Shown here piece by piece: positions 63,520-64,000 of a stretch of DNA of 64,000 nucleotides. Location: positions 50,158,001 to 50,222,000 of the forward strand of contig JANJGN010000011.1 of the NCBI GenBank assembly GCA_026770705.1. Reading direction: 5' to 3'. Source of the stretch: Isurus oxyrinchus. Lineage: Eukaryota. Position numbers and translations under genes: made by a program. Position 1 is the stretch's first letter. Every line of letters starts with the position of its first letter. Under the pieces are notes generated by a model that was given only the letters and a program-made list of their open reading frames with translations, made no database searches and was not told where the DNA came from.

Positions 63520-64000
63520 TTTGTCTCAAAGCAGTTGCTATTTTTATCTACAGATTTATTTTTTCTTTTGTGGAAATTGATACCTTACAGTAAATTTAGT
63601 TTAGTAGCTTATACTTTTAGCCTGAGCTACATATTCTATCATTGTGTCTTTTTTCCAATTTTCCAGTGAGATTGAGAGTATACTATGGTATCCACCCTGT
63701 GGCAACTTATTCTATAAACATATATGTATAAAACCACAGTAAGAGTAAGCTTTCCACCCTGTGGCATAACACTCTATAATGCATGCGAAATTCATCTCCG
63801 TGCCACCACCTCCAGCAGTGCAATGGAGGCCAGCTGCTTTGCTGATGTGGCCTCTTCGAAATGGCATCTGGGAGGACATGGCCAGCATGTGCTGGAAGCC
63901 TGTGAAGCAGAGTTATTCTAATACCTCACAGCCTAACCACCTGACGCAACACTGGGATATCTAAATAAATCACTGCAAACAACAGGAACAGAGATGCATG

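Noticed and set aside
63691-63780. Repeated TCCACCCTGTGGCA...CTATAA as CRISPR-like repeats or CTCF sites
   Set aside because: Only two copies in eukaryotic intron context, and three mismatches to the CTCF core; most likely a small tandem duplication.
46452-64000. Giant final SACS exon
   Set aside because: No multi-kb ORF and no PCTQLQLLNPERF-like start is present; it must lie downstream of the window.
1-64000. Remaining 60-170 aa ORFs in the six-frame track
   Set aside because: They are TE fragments, antisense shadows of TEs or exons, or chance ORFs with no recognisable domain or splice context.

Overview
Repeat-rich vertebrate nuclear DNA. The mix of CR1 and L2 LINEs, Penelope tails and Harbinger elements resembles a cartilaginous fish (shark); this is an inference from repeat content only. 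The one host gene is SACS (sacsin), + strand. Seven consecutive coding exons (equivalent to human exons 3-9) have canonical AG/GT ends and a continuous frame, and encode the UBL domain and most of the first sacsin repeat with its HSP90-like ATPase motifs. The ATG exon was not located and the giant last exon lies beyond the window. The introns hold decayed, often nested LINEs, SINEs, solo LTRs, two degenerate bipartite PIF/Harbinger transposons, many Harbinger MITEs and Penelope-like ends with minimal hammerhead ribozyme motifs. Most unusual are two intronless, poly(A)-less gene copies, each flanked by a 5-bp direct repeat and each inside a transposon. One is a full-ORF COX7C copy inserted into the TATA box of a solo LTR that is itself inside a LINE. 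The other is a canonical histone H3 copy inside a TIR/TSD-bounded Harbinger element. No prokaryotic features or CRISPR arrays were seen, and I found no clearly new biological system. Repeat family names come from motif recognition, not database searches, and repeat boundaries are approximate unless a TSD is quoted.
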